A stretch of 64,000 bases of DNA, from positions 36,024,001 through 36,088,000 of the forward strand of contig NW_024704743.1 in assembly GCF_018977255.1 (NCBI RefSeq), given 5' to 3'. The stretch comes from Callorhinchus milii (lineage: Eukaryota). The translations under genes and the position numbers were made by a program. The notes below the pieces were generated by a model, which did no database searches, was not told where the DNA came from, and was given only the letters and a program-made list of their open reading frames with translations. Shown piece after piece: positions 25,885-38,432 of the stretch. Every line of letters starts with the position of its first letter. Position 1 is the first letter of the stretch.

Positions 25885-26225
25885 CAACTTACATTTATAT
25901 AGCACCTTTCATGTTAGGAGAACATCTCAAAGCGCTGCGACCCGAGCTCTGGGGGGGTGGGGGGGAGTAGAATGACTGAAAGAGCAGTCAGAGAGGTAAG
26001 TCTTGAGGTGGGTATTGAATGTGAGCTTTGAATGGATAAGTCAGAGGGACTCCGGGATGGAGTTCCAGAGGGTGGAGGCAGAATGGCTGAAAGTGAGGTG
26101 GTCAGGGCTGTGGACATGAAACAGGTCGGGGTGCATTGAGCTAAAGGAGCAATGAAGTCAGTAGGGAGTAGGAGGTGGCAGAGATAGGATTGGGTGAGAC
26201 TGTGGTTTATAGACCATTGGTATGA
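25885..26225 (-). mobile_element. Degenerate L2 3' fragment
   Basis: Reverse-complement tail and GGAGTTCCAGAG..GGCTGAAA body motifs. Confidence 0.65.
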
Positions 26226-26449
26226 GGGGGGAATAAATGTGGTATTTACTACCTGACTTTGACAACAGTGACTCTGAGAGCCCTGCTGATGATCAGAGAT
26301 GCATGATTCTGACCTAAGGGAATTCTGCTCCAATGTGCCTTGAAGTAAATCCCAGAGTTTCCACAAGTCAGAGTGTTGTGCTACCAGTTAAAGGCAGGAG
26401 TCATTGTTTGAAATTCAGCGTTGCTGTTAGGAAATCCAGGTAACTCCAG

Positions 26450-27281
26450 CTGTCAGTGAGTAAAGCAAGCCAGATGTTGGGATGTATAAAAAGATCAATA
26501 GCAAGCCGAAATAGTGTGGTAATCCTGCCACTGTATAAATCATTGGTGAGACCATACTTAGAGTACTGTTTACCGTCCTTGTCGCCGCAGTACAAAAAGG
26601 ATAATGAAGAAATCGAGAAGATACAGAGGACGGCAACCAAAATGATTGAGGGAATGGAAGGACTGGACTACGAGGAGCAACTAAGTAAATTGGGCATGTT
26701 CATGCTGGAAAAGGGAAGATTGAGAGATGACATGATTGCTGTCTTTAAGATTCTAAAGGGGCAAGACAATATAGATCATGACAGGCTGCTTCAATTTGTC
26801 CAGAATAGTAAAACCAGAGGACACGGCCTGAGAATGAAGGGGGGTAAATTCAGAACAAATCTACACAAAGCTATTTCAGTTAGCGAATAGTGAACCTGCG
26901 GAACAGGCTCCCGAGGGAGATGGTTGAAGCAGGAAGACCATAATAAGACATAAGACGTAGGAGCAGGAGTAGGCCATTCGGCCCCTTGAGCCTGCCCCGC
27001 CATTTAATAAGATCATGGTTGATCTTCTAACCTAATTCCATTTATCCGCCCTATCCCTATATCCCTTAATCCCTCTATCCTTTAGAAATCTATCAACCTC
27101 AGTCTTGAATATGTCTTGATTCATTCAAACACAGATTAGATAGTTTTCTTTTAGGAAATAACATTATGTGTTGCAGCACATAGGTAGTTTGAGACATATG
27201 TGCGTGCGACCACCAGGAAGATGGAAGGTGAACTAGATGGACCTTGTTCTTTTTTCATCTAGCATTTCTTATGCTCTTATG
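26450..27281 (+). mobile_element. CR1 LINE ORF2 C-terminus and 3' UTR, interrupted by an opposite-strand CR1 3' end (~26940-27115)
   Basis: ORF 26456-26890 ASQMLGCIKRSIASR..LPLYKSLVRPYLEYC..IEKIQRTATKMIEG..TRGHGL; (TTCTTATG)-type tail. Confidence 0.9.
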
Positions 27282-27496
27282 TAGGTAGTGAATGTTACGC
27301 TTTCAACACCAATGAGTGCAAGTCGTCTATTCCGCTATTCAGCTGATCTTGTCCTCACATTAACATCACTGCATACGTAATGTAATCATAGGATACAAAA
27401 TTGGAGTGGGAACACTAACTGATATTGTATACGCTCTTTAAAATGTCATCCCGATGTGAAAGGAGTTATATAATTGCAATTTGTTGTTGTTGTTTT

Positions 27497-27905
27497 AATA
27501 TCTACAAGCTCCCCCTTGGTGACATCATCTGCAGACATGGGGTCAACTTCCATATGTATGCGGGTGACACCCAACTCTATCTTTCTGCCTCCACCCTCAA
27601 CTCCAGGAGCACTGCTGTCCTGACAGACTGTCTGTCGGACATCAAGTTCTGGATGAGGGCAAATTTCCTAATTTGAATGTGAACAAGACTGAGGCCCTCC
27701 TGATTGGCTCACACCAGCGCCTCTGCACCTCAGGCTCTGGCAGCATCAACCTCCAGGGTTGCACACTACAACTCACCAAACCAGTCAGGAACCTCGGTGT
27801 CTTGTTCAACCCTCAACTGTCTTTTCCCTCCCCCACATTCAAGCCGTGACCCACTCTGCCTTCCCTCACCTCCGTAACAATGCCCGACTCCGCCACTACC
27901 TCACG
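27497..27905 (+). mobile_element. L2 RT-domain fragment
   Basis: PLGDIICRHGVNFHMYAGDTQLYLS..DCLSDIKFWM (degenerate YADD motif). Confidence 0.9.
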
Positions 27906-28967
27906 AGCCAATTCACACACAGCAATATTCCACAAGCAGAAATAAAGTAAATAATCAATTTTAACTGGGGGATTGTTGGCCAGGACACCAGGAGAAATTC
28001 CTGTCTCATTTTGAATGGTGCCAGGGGAACTTTATTGTGTACCTGAACAGCCAAACATCACCCAATGTTCACTCAAGGTGGAAAATTGCTATTTCTATAT
28101 AACTATATAACTGTTGAAAGTCAAAAGCTTATGCTGGGTCGAAAAACATACCAAGTAAAATTTTAATAGTTTATATAACGTATTAAATATATAACATGTT
28201 TTAAAACTGAAACTATAAAAATACATACTAACAGAGTGCCATAGTCCACACATTTTAATAAGAATCTGTTATTACATAATAATTGATTATTATTTTTTCA
28301 ATGGACCTATAAATACAACATGCTAAAGCTTTCTAAATCTAGATATTCAATAGAATTGTGAAATACGCTTTAATACTCTGACAAAAAAAATCTGGTGAGA
28401 AAAAATAAAAATAAAATTTCTCTCGAAGGCTCAATGAGATATAGTACAGATTAGAAGGTTCAATCCTCGATTATTAGGAAAAAATATCACCCATTACTTC
28501 AGGGCTATCAAAAACATACACTAACTGTACCCCTGTATAGCTACTACACAATCACCAAAAACAAATAAGCAAAATTTCCAGAACATTAATTGATCCTCCA
28601 CGTCTCAGATGAATGAATCATTGGCCACTTGGTCGACACCACTTTCTGTAAGAGAGAACACTTCAAATGTCCTATCATTCCTTAACCGTCCAAATTTAGA
28701 AGGAGTAAAGGGCTCCTCAGGTGGCTTATTTAGTATGTAGATTGACCGTACAGATGAGGAAGGTCCCAGGTTTCCTTGGGCAATGCTGAGTGTATTGACA
28801 TTAGCAGTGGTGACAATAAGAGATTCCATACTCAAATTTACAGGCAGCAAATTGATATGGCCAGTGTGGCTGCTTTCCATGCAACATAGTTTGCTGTAGA
28901 ATTGTTCCTGTATGGTTCAAAATAACTGAAGTAAAGTGTTTAACAAAAAATTGTGCATCTAAGCATC

Positions 28968-29605
28968 CTGGTTCACTTGACGTATTCAGTGAGTAATTGA
29001 AATATACAGACCACCCAGGTTTGATTGCTGATCTGTGTTGAATTAGTTGATCTCAACCATGGACACTACGACTGGTGTCAGGACTCCTGATTTTGCTGAG
29101 GGGACAATCAGCTGGGGCTACTGGTCTTTCCTGGAGTTAAACATGAATGTTGGGGACAGAATTAGGCTTGGTTGTGGTCCTCCTGTGTGGAGTCCTGTAA
29201 CTCAGTGGTTAAGGCACTTGCCTCGCAAGCGAGAGGACCTGGGTTTGATTCCCAGCAGGGTGAAACATTGGGCAAGTTTCCTTACTCCACACACCTCTGG
29301 TAACTAGCAGTAAGTAGGAACCTGGTTGTTAGTCGATTGGCGGATCACTTTTCTGGGGGTAATAATTCCTTCAAAATAAATAAAAATAATTTGGTTACTC
29401 AATTCACGACTGTTTGTGGGACACTGCTGTGCACAATTCACCACACAAAATATACAATCAATTCTCTTTACAGTGCAGTCTGTGAAGCATTTTGAGACAT
29501 CTCGAAGATGTGATAAATTGCTATATCAAATGCAAGGATTATTATAAATAGCCAATATTCACTATCTTGGCTCACAAATGAATTATGGCCACTTAGATAC
29601 AGGAA
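28968..29605 (+). mobile_element. AmnSINE2-like relic split by a long-form tRNA-Ala SINE (29189-29545)
   Basis: ATACAGACC..CCCAGGTTTGAT..TTAGTTGATCTCA precedes the insert, and AATAGCC..GGCTCACA..ATGGCCACTT resumes after the SINE tail. Confidence 0.65.
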
Positions 29606-30844
29606 AGTAATTTTTTACAAGTAGAACTATACCTTCAGTAGATGAAATTGAATCAATTGGAGGGCTAGAGGAGACTATTGATAAGCGAGTAAATATATTG
29701 AAAATTAATTTGCATAATTGAGAGTAGGCTATGTGGAAAACACAATCAATTCTGTCTGCGGGTCTTCTAAGGGTAAGCTGTTCCAATAAGTGCAAGAGAT
29801 ATTGACTCATATTAGCTAGAAATGCACAGCAGATTTGTAAAGATATTAGAATTGAAGATGAAAGGAGGGAGAGAAGACTTAGCAACATAAGGAGTAGATC
29901 TTCCATAAGAGGTGTGCGTGTGTGAAATGTCTTCACAATTTCTAGTTGCAATTGTGACTCATGAGTGTCAAGCTGATAACTCCAGCCAATATGAAGGAGA
30001 CTATTTATAGTGAAGTCAGAGGTGTGACTTCGCAGCACACCTCTCAATTTTCTCAATTTTCCAGCAGTGGGTTCTGCCTGGTGGTTAGCATCTCTTAGGC
30101 CATGCTACTGGAATTGTTTTTTGCATATTCATACTCTTCAACTCAATCCATGGACTCATTCCCATTGTGCTCTCATATCCACTATTAGCAAAGTATTCGC
30201 TTCTCGTCACCATATAAATAAAGGGGAGAATAGCTATCTGTACAGTTTAAGAAAAATGTTACACATTTCCCGAGTTGCTTTGCCACTTTTTCACTTAATA
30301 TTTTTTTACTGGCGCAAAGTGCTTGAATAAATCAGTTGCTTTGATGATACTGAGAAGAGAACTGGTGTTCCTCACTACATCATATTAAACATTATAAAAT
30401 TATGTTAAACTGCCTGAATGAACTAGCTGAAACCTGTTGAATTCATTAATCATCTTTTTATACTCATTTGGGCCAGGTTATCAATTTGATTACTGCCATA
30501 TAATTTCAGTTAAATGTTTTATCTCAATAGCATTAGAATGGTATCCTCAAATAAGTTGCATATAAGAGCACAAGCCTGATCAGACATTACATTTGTGGAA
30601 ATTACTTGAGTCTATCTCCCCGCCTTTCCTCTTTGAACTTTAAAATAAATAATCTTTGCATTTGATATAGCACCTAATAACTTCAAAACATCTCAAAGCA
30701 CCCTACAAGTATAATGCAATAGCATTATTAATCACAGAACCACCAACATCACTTCCTGTGTGCTGAGCATGCACACTACCCACAAGCAGTGCCCCTGATG
30801 TCACTTCACAAAGAATGTGAAATCAACTGTGCTTTTTGTGCACA

Positions 30845-31123
30845 GTCAGTGTAAGTGGCCGGAGGGCATCAATTTAAGATAATTAGCAAATAAATAAAGG
30901 GGAAAATTAGTTTTTTTTTAACACAGAGAGTTGTTAGGAAGTGGAATGTCCTCCCAGGTGATGTGGTTGAGGCAGAATCCATATTAGCTTTCCAGAGGGA
31001 ACTAGATACAAGGGAGTAATTTGCAAAGCTATGGGGAAAAGGCAGGTGAAAGGAAATTGATGTATTGCTCTTTCAAAGAGTCAGCACAGATGTGATGGTC
31101 TTCTGTGTAAATTTCAAAGGTTC
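30845..31123 (+). mobile_element. 5'-truncated CR1 3' end flanked by an apparent 8-bp TSD (TGTGCACA)
   Basis: ACACAGAGAGTTGTTAGGAAGTGGAATGTCCTCCC; TGTGCACA at 30837-30844 and 31124-31131. Confidence 0.75.
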
Positions 31124-31723
31124 TGTGCACAAAATGTGCAGGAGGTGACAAATGACATTGGCAGTGACTTGATGATCCAGAAGTCAGTTTTTTTTTGTAT
31201 TCACTTTTACCTCAGGGTCTGAGAAATTTGACCCAGATGACAAAATAATAGGATTTGGTGTGTAGTTGCTGCCAAGTGTATTATTTATAGGGAAACACAG
31301 CAACCAAATTGCACCCAGGAAGGTCCCAAAACAGCCATGAAGTGAATGATTAATAATTATTCTGGAGGATTGTTGGCCACAACATCAGGAGAAATGGCTT
31401 TCTCTTTTACTACTGTATTGGAGAGCAAATTTAGACTGCTTTAAATCCTCAACATCAACCTTCTGACCCAGAAGCCAGAGTGGCACCAACCAGGCTAGTT
31501 GACATCTACATTCTTGCTTAGAAAGTATCTTTGTCTCTCTTTAATTTGAATCTGTATCAATGGCCCTCAGAGACCTTTAGTCTGTTTTATAAATGCAAGT
31601 TAAAAATCTATTTTAATTTAATATAGCCCTTTATTACACCATAACACGTTTCACAGAGTTTTTCTTCTGTATTTGTAGGCAAAAGCTAATTTGTGAATGA
31701 CCTTTTTGGAGGATTGTTGGATA

Positions 31724-32047
31724 ATAATAATAATAATAATAATCCTTGCATTTGATATAGCGCTTTTCATGTCGGGAGGACGTCCCAAAGCGCTTCACAG
31801 AATATACTGTAAAGTGAATTGACTGTATATTTGTGGGCGAACGTGGCAGCCAATTGCGCACAGCAATGTCCCACAAACAGTCGTAGATTGAACATGACCA
31901 ATTTATTATTATTGTTTTTGGTTTTGGAGGGATTATTATTAGGCGTGTGGAGTAAGGAAACTTGCCCAAGGTTTCGCCCTGCCTGGAATTGAACTCAGGT
32001 CTCTCACTTGCAAAGCGAGTGCTCTAACCACTGAGCTACAGGACTCC
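31724..32047 (-). mobile_element. tRNA-Ala SINE, short young subfamily, full length, nested in an old DeuSINE
   Basis: Intact head (reverse complement GGAGTCCTGTAGCTCAGTGGTTAGAGC) and (TTA)n tail; the flanks form one DeuSINE. Confidence 0.9.
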
Positions 32048-32879
32048 AGGATAAGACACTATGGTGAAGAAACTTCCTTCCTCTTTTCATGTAGTGTCAT
32101 TGGTTCTTTATCATCCACCTGAATAGACAAATGAGATCTTAGTTTACTATCTCATTCTAAAGGGCATCACCTTCTGACTATGCTATGCCCCCCCACCCCC
32201 ATACTAAATCATTGTCCCCAATGCAAGTCTTGAATGCACAGCTTTCTGACCTAGAGACAAGAGACAGCTGCCAACTGAGCCAGACTGACAGCTTTAATTT
32301 CACCAGTTTAGCTCTTGTTTTAAGATTATGTCCTCTTGGATTTCACAACTAGAATGAAGAGTGGTTTCCTTTTGTTTACTTTGCCAGTAACCATCATCAT
32401 TACAAACATAATTGCCAATGAGTTTTTGCCATTTTATCTCTTGATGACACTATTGCTACTGTGAACATTGAGGACCTGCTGAGGAAGGTCCAGCGTTTCT
32501 AATCCTTTTCATATCCTTTATGACTTCTTGTTCCTTTCAGAAAGGATCTAAACATTTTGAAAGTCTTGAGAAGCTTTGAGCTGGCAAGGGAAGGAACGAG
32601 GCGAAGGGATTCTGGGATGGAGACCCAGAGGAATGGGTCAGAAAGACTGAAGACCTGACCATACTACATACAGTATTAGGGATTTGCTTAATATCCCTAA
32701 TGTGCAAGACAGCAATGTAATAATAGGCCTTACATTTGGTATAGCACCTTTCAGATGAGGAGGAAATCTCAAAGTGCTGCACACGATTTTTTGTAAAGTT
32801 TTGTGATTGTATGTTTTCAGCGCCTTGGGACATCCTCCTGAAGTAAGAGGCGCTATACAAATGTAATTTGTAGTTCTAA

Positions 32880-33160
32880 GCAAATACAAAGTCCAATAAA
32901 CAGCCACAAAGTGAATGACCAATTTGATTTGGGGTATTTCTGGTCAGGACACTGAGAGAAACGCCTTTCTCTTTTTGAATAGTGCCATTGGATCTTTAAC
33001 ATCCACCGCCCAAGCAGACAAGACCTCAGTTGAACGTCTCTTCTGAACGATGGCATCTGGGTCAATGCATCTTAGACTGGTTCCAAATCCCAAAATGGGA
33101 TTTTAATGCAATGACCTTCTGCCTTAAAGGTGAGAGTGTTGCTATCAACAGAGCCAAGCG
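32880..33160 (-). mobile_element. DeuSINE immediately upstream of the putative promoter
   Basis: GTGCCATTGGATCTTTAACATCCAC..AACGTCTCTTCTGAACGATGGCA. Confidence 0.75.
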
Positions 33161-33199
33161 GGTGCAGTGGAGCTCACCCACCCTGGGACCTGCCTTGTG

Positions 33200-33910
33200 C
33201 TCGGATTCATTCCCAGAGGCTTGAGTGACTGACTGACTGCTGGCTCTCAGGTGCTGTGATGGGAGCTGGTGGAGGAGGGCGGTGTGAGGGCTCGGCTCAG
33301 GTGTGCGATTGACGGGGGAAGGGCTGCACGTCACATCTGCAAACTTGCCCAACTCCAGCAGCAGCATCAGCAGCATCAGGGAGAGAGGAGTGTTAACCTG
33401 AGACACACGCTGTGCAAACACTGTAAATGTCAGCAAGGAAGCACAGCTGATTGCAGTGAGTGTCAGTCAGTCAGGAGCAGTGTGTGTGTGTGTGTGTGTG
33501 TAAGGATCCACACAGCAGCTTGTCAGGCTGCTGTCGCCGCCTCTCGCCAGCGCTGAGCCACTCTCTCTCCCCCCCCCCCCCCCCCAGTCCCTGCCAGTCG
33601 GGGCTGGGCAGGGCAGGGCAGGGCTGGGCAGGGCAGGGCTGGGCAGCAGCACTTGGCTGCCAAGTAGCCAAGCAGAGAGACTGCCTCCTGCATACCAGTC
33701 TCTCCAGAGAGACAGACAGACAGTGGGGTGGGAGGAGGAGGAGGAGGAGGAGGAGAGGACAAGGGCAATAGAAAGAAAATAAAAGAAGCACCTGGCAGCT
33801 TCTATTTCGGTTGCACCAAAGGACTGCTCTGATGGAGAAGCGGTAGGTTCGTAGGATTTTTTTTTGCTGGGTACCTGCTTTTGCAAAATCGCCTGTTGGG
33901 AGAAGTGAGT
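33200..33910 (+). promoter_or_regulatory. Putative promoter / non-coding first exon(s) of the Slac2-family gene
   Basis: Abrupt GC/CpG enrichment in AT-rich surroundings and no interspersed repeats. Contains CAG-rich, (GGGCA/GGGCT)n and (GAG)n tracts and half-CRE motifs TGACG/CGTCA near 33310-33333. Consensus donors GTGAGT at 33456 and 33905. Link to the exon at 60016 is inferred. Confidence 0.55.
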
Positions 33911-33937
33911 GTCCCGGTGGGTTCAGCCTCTGCTGAG

Positions 33938-35420
33938 AGGGGGTGGAGGGGGTGGTGATGGTGGGGGGTGATGGTGGTGGGTGGGGAGGGGGTGGTGGGT
34001 GATGGTGGTGGGTGGGGGGGGGTGGTGGGTGATGGTGATGGTGGGGGGTGATGGTGGGGAGGGGGTGGTGGGTGGGGAGGGGGTGGTGGGTGATGGTGAT
34101 GGTGGGGGGGGTGGTGGGTGATGGTGGGGGGGGGAGGGGGTGGTGGTGGGGGGGGGTGGTGGGTGATGGTGGTGGGTGGGAGGGGGTGGTGGGTGATGGT
34201 GGTGGGTGGGGAGGGGGTGGTGGGTGATGGTGGTGGTGGGGAGGGGGTGGTGGGTGATGGTGGTGGGTGGGGAGGGGGTGGTGGTGATGGTGGTGGGGGG
34301 AGGGGGTGGTGGGTGATGGTGATGGTGGGGAGGGGTGGTGGGTGATGGTGGTGGTGGGGAGGGGGTGGTGGGTGGGGGGGGTGGTGGGTGATGGTGGTGG
34401 GTGGGGAGGGGTGGTGGGTGATGGTGGTGGTGGGGAGGGGGTGGTGGGGAGGGGTGGTGGGTGATGGTGGTGGTGGGGAGGGGGTGGTGGGTGATGGTGG
34501 TGGGTGGGGAGGGGGTGGTGGGTGATGGTGGTGGTGGGGGGGTGGTGGGTGATGGTGGTGGGTGGAGGGGGTGGTGGGTGATGGTGGTGGGTGGGGAGGG
34601 GGTGGTGGGTGATGGTGGTGGTGGGTGGGGAGGGGTGGTGGGTGATGGTGGTGGTGGGGGGGTGGTGGTGGGTGATGGTGGTGGGTGGGGAGGGGTGGTG
34701 GGTGATGGTGGTGGGTGGGGAGGGGGTGGTGGGTGATGGTGGTGGTGGGTGGGGAGGGGGTGGTGGGTGATGGTGGTGGTGGGGGGTGGTGGTGGGTGAT
34801 GGTGGTGGGTGGGGAGGGGGTGGTGGGTGATGGTGGTGGGTGGGGAGGGGGTGGTGGGTGATGGTGGTGGGTGGGGGGGGGGAGTGGTGGGTGATGGTGG
34901 TGGTGGGGAGGGGGTGGTGGGTGATGGTGGTGGGTGGGGAGGGGGTGGTGGGTGATGGTGGTGGGTGGGGAGGGGGTGGTGGGTGATGGTGGTGGTGGTG
35001 GGAGGGGGTGGTGGGTGATGGTGGTGGGTGGGGGGGGTGGTGGGTGATGGTGGTGGGGGAGGGGTGGTGGTGATGGTGGGGGGGGAGGGGTGGTGGGTGA
35101 TGGTGGTGGGTGGGGAGGGGTGGTGGGTGGGAGGGGGTGGTGGGTGATGGTGGTGGGTGGGGAGGGGGTGGTGGGTGATGGTGGTGGTGGGGAGGGGTGG
35201 TGGGTGATGGTGGTGGGGGGGGGGGTGGGTGATGGTGGTGGTGGGGAGGGGGTGGGGGTGATGGTGGTGGGTGGGGAGGGGGTGGTGGGTGATGGTGGTG
35301 GGTGGGGGGGGGTGGGGGGGGTGGTGGGTGATGGTGGTGGGTGGGGAGGGGGGGTGGGTGATGGTGGTGGTGGGGAGGGGGTGGTGGGTGATGGTGGTGG
35401 TGGGTGGGGGGAGTGGGGGG
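33938..35420. repeat. G-rich degenerate minisatellite, ~30-nt unit like GGGGAGGGGGTGGTGGGTGATGGTGGTGGGT
   Basis: Directly visible; no C seen on the + strand between 33934 and 35434. Confidence 0.97.
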
Positions 35421-35607
35421 TGTTTGAATGTTTGCTGTTGGCTGTTTGCAGTCTCTTTTGGGGAACCGGAGTCAACGGCTTCTCGACTTTTCAGCTGCTT
35501 TCTCTTTTTTTGACTTCGGAATGATGTGTCAAGGACTGAAACGTGTGTTGTGTTGTTAAGTGCCCCGAATCCACTTGTTTTGCCAATGCATAGCTGGTGG
35601 GTGGGTG

Positions 35608-35905
35608 ACAGAGAGAGAGAGAGGGAGAGGGAGAGAGGGAGAGGAGGGGGTGAGGATGAGTGTGTGAGAGATGGTTCTTGGTGACTGCTACAGCATTGGC
35701 TGCACTACAACGTGTGGAGTCAGAGAGGGAGAGAGAGAGAGAGAGAGAAAGAAGAGGAATTAATACAGTTTGTGGAGGGTCAGTGTTGGCAGTTAAGCAG
35801 CTGATCTTAGTGTAAGAGTCACGGGAGGAGAGATGGCAAATTATACTTAATTGACGACGACCAGAGATGCACATGTCTTGTCTGTCTGTCTGTCTGTCTG
35901 TCAGT
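35608..35905. repeat. (GA)n and (CTGT)n microsatellites
   Basis: GA runs at ~35610-35645 and ~35721-35748; (CTGT)n at ~35879-35901. Confidence 0.85.
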
Positions 35906-36106
35906 CAGTCTCTGTCACTGAACATCACTGAGAGACGGATCATCCGCTCCAAAAAAAAAAAGAGGGTCACTTTTCAGGTGCGGATCTGTTGGCTGTGCGA
36001 CTGTCGTTCGGTCTCTGGTTTGAGTTTCTGGGGCTGATTTTTTTTTTTTGCTGTGTGGTCGGGAGGCTCCTGTGGCAATTTTTGATGGGAGGGTTTGCTT
36101 TAAAAA

Positions 36107-37239
36107 ATGTGTGTGTGTGTAGTGTGTGTGTGTGTGTAGTGTGTGTGTCTGTGTGTGTGTGTGTGGTGTGTGTGTGTGTCTGTGTGTCTGTCTGTGTGTG
36201 TGTGTCTGTCTGTGTGTGTGTGTGTGTGTGGTGTGTCTGTGTGTGTGTGTGTGTCTGTCTGTGTGTGTGGTGTGTCTGTGTGTGTGGTGTGTGTCTGTCT
36301 GTGTGTGTGTGTCTGTCTGTGTGTGTGGTGTGTCTGTGTGTGTGGTGTGTGTGTGGTGTGTCTGTGTGTGGTGTGTCTGTGTGTGTGGTGTGTCTGTGTG
36401 TGTGGTGTGTCTGTGTGTGTCTCTGTGTGTGTGGTGTGTGTGGTGTGTCTGTGTGTGTGGTGTGTGTGGTGTGTCTGTGTGTGTGGTGTGTGTGGTGTGT
36501 CTGTGTGTGTGGTGTGTCTGTGTGGTGTGTGTGGTGTGTCTGTGTGGTGTGTCTGTGTGTGTGTGGTGTGTCTGTGTGTGTCTGTGTGTGTGGTGTGTGT
36601 GGTGTGTCTGTGTGTGTGGTGTGTCTGTGTGTGTGTGTGTGTGGTGTGTCTGTGTGTGTGGTGTGTCTGTGTGTGTGGTGTGTGTGGTGTGTCTGTGTGT
36701 GTGGTGTGTCTGTGTGTGTGGTGTGTGTGTGTGGTGTGTCTGTGTGTGTGTGTGTCTGTGTGTGTCTGTGTGTGTGGTGTGTCTGTGTGTGTGGTGTGTC
36801 TGTGTGTGTGGTGTGTCTGTGTGTGTGGTGTGTCTGTGTGTGTGGTGTGTCTGTGTGTGTGGTGTGTGTGGTGTGTCTGTGTGTGTGGTGTGTCTGTGTG
36901 TGTGGTGTGTGTGTGTGGTGTGTCTGTGTGTGTGTGGTGTGTCTGTGTGTGTCTGTGTGTGGTGTGTGTCTGTGTGTGTGGTGTGTGTGTGGTGTGTCTG
37001 TGTGTGTGGTGTGTCTGTGTGTGTGGTGTGTCTGTCTGTGTGGTGTGTCTGTGTGTGTGTGGTGTGTCTGTGGTGTGTGTGGTGTGTCTGTGGTGTGTGT
37101 GGTGTGTGTGGTGTGTGTGTGTGGTGTGTGTGGTGTGTCTGTGTGTGTGTGGTGTGTCTGTGTGTGTGTGGTGTGTGTGTGTGGTGTGTCTGTGTGTGTG
37201 TGGTGTGTGTGTCTGTGTGTGTGGTGTGTGTGTGTGTGG
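36107..37239. repeat. Compound TG-rich satellite, units like GTGTGTCTGTGTGTGTG
   Basis: Directly visible; almost no A on the + strand. Confidence 0.97.
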
Positions 37240-38019
37240 AGTGAAGACCAGGTGTGGATGGTGGGAATTAGGTACACTGAGCATCTGTCTGCAGATACTC
37301 GGCCGTTGCATGTTTTTTTCTCTCTCCTGTGGATACTGTCGCTCATCTGCTGAATTACCTCATCACACATCACATTGGCTTCACAGGAGTTTTCTGTCTC
37401 TGTGTCCCCCCCACCACCAGCCCCCAAACACAAGAAGATGTCAGAGTGCATTGAATCGCACACGTCAGCGAGAAGTCAGTCAGACACTCATTTCGAGAGT
37501 GACAGAGCTGTGGTTTGTCGTTACACGAACCCCCCCTTCCCCTTGTTTTTTGTTTTCCTGCACGAGGAATCCCATCACATTGTTTTCTTTCTTTCTGACG
37601 ATGGGTTCTCTGTTGTTTGTTAATCCTTTGTGTAATCTTCAATTATTTCAAGAGGCTTTTCTTTGGTGGGGGGGGGGGGGGGGGGATGAGGAAAGGGTTA
37701 AAGTTGCAGCATCTCTTGTCCATTCACTTAGGGCTTCTGTGGAGTAAGTGTTAGCCATAATTTGGGTAATGTCACAAAAAAATTTTTTGCTTAATATTCG
37801 GCGACAGCGAAACATCCTCGACCCGTGCAGCTTCCCAAATCCTGAATTATGGGCTGGGAATAACATGCCGACCTTGTGTTGCTTATTTCCTTCCAGGGCT
37901 GAGATAATTTATCGTCAGCAAAACATGGCAATTGCCAAAGGTATTGAAGTAAAAATGCATTCTATATTTCACTGTTAGTTTTGACGGTCCTATCACCGAA
38001 CCGACAGGTTCTGAGCATC

Positions 38020-38432
38020 AGGTGTCAGTTGGTAGCACTCTCCACTTTGATTCAGAAGGTTGTGGGTTCATGCCCCACATTGGGCCTTTGAACTTGCAAG
38101 TCAAGTGAGCACTGGGGGAGCACTGCGCTTTTGGTGGTGCCTTCCTTCGCTGAGACTTTAAACCAAATTTCTGTCTGCCAGTTTAGGTGGACGTTAAAAA
38201 TCCCATGGCACTAGTTTAAAAAGAGAAATAAGTTTCTACGGGTGACCTGGCTAACAGTCCCCCAAATAAAATTGGTCATTCACTTTATGGCTTTTGGGGG
38301 ACATTGCTGTGCGCATAATCAGGTGCTGCATTTGTTGCGAATCTAGTCACTACATTTTACAGTGAACCATGTGTGGCACTTTAAGATGCCCCTTTGAAAT
38401 GAAAGGCATTATATTGAATGCAAGGATTATTA
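38020..38432 (+). mobile_element. DeuSINE
   Basis: Head, Deu core and tail present. Confidence 0.8.

Noticed and set aside
26456..26890. 144-aa ORF as a host gene
   Set aside because: CR1 ORF2 C-terminus with a frameshift and a nested insertion.
29583..30056. 157-aa minus-strand ORF with a hydrophobic stretch
   Set aside because: Non-ATG start, no recognisable domain or splice structure; probably a chance ORF.
33802..35475. 557-aa Pro/His/Thr-rich ORF and overlapping Gly/Val/Trp ORFs
   Set aside because: By-product of the G-rich minisatellite, which lacks stop codons; no domain or exon support.
35967..37747. Several 370-530-aa His/Thr or Cys/Val ORFs
   Set aside because: Translations of the TG array, open in nearly all frames.
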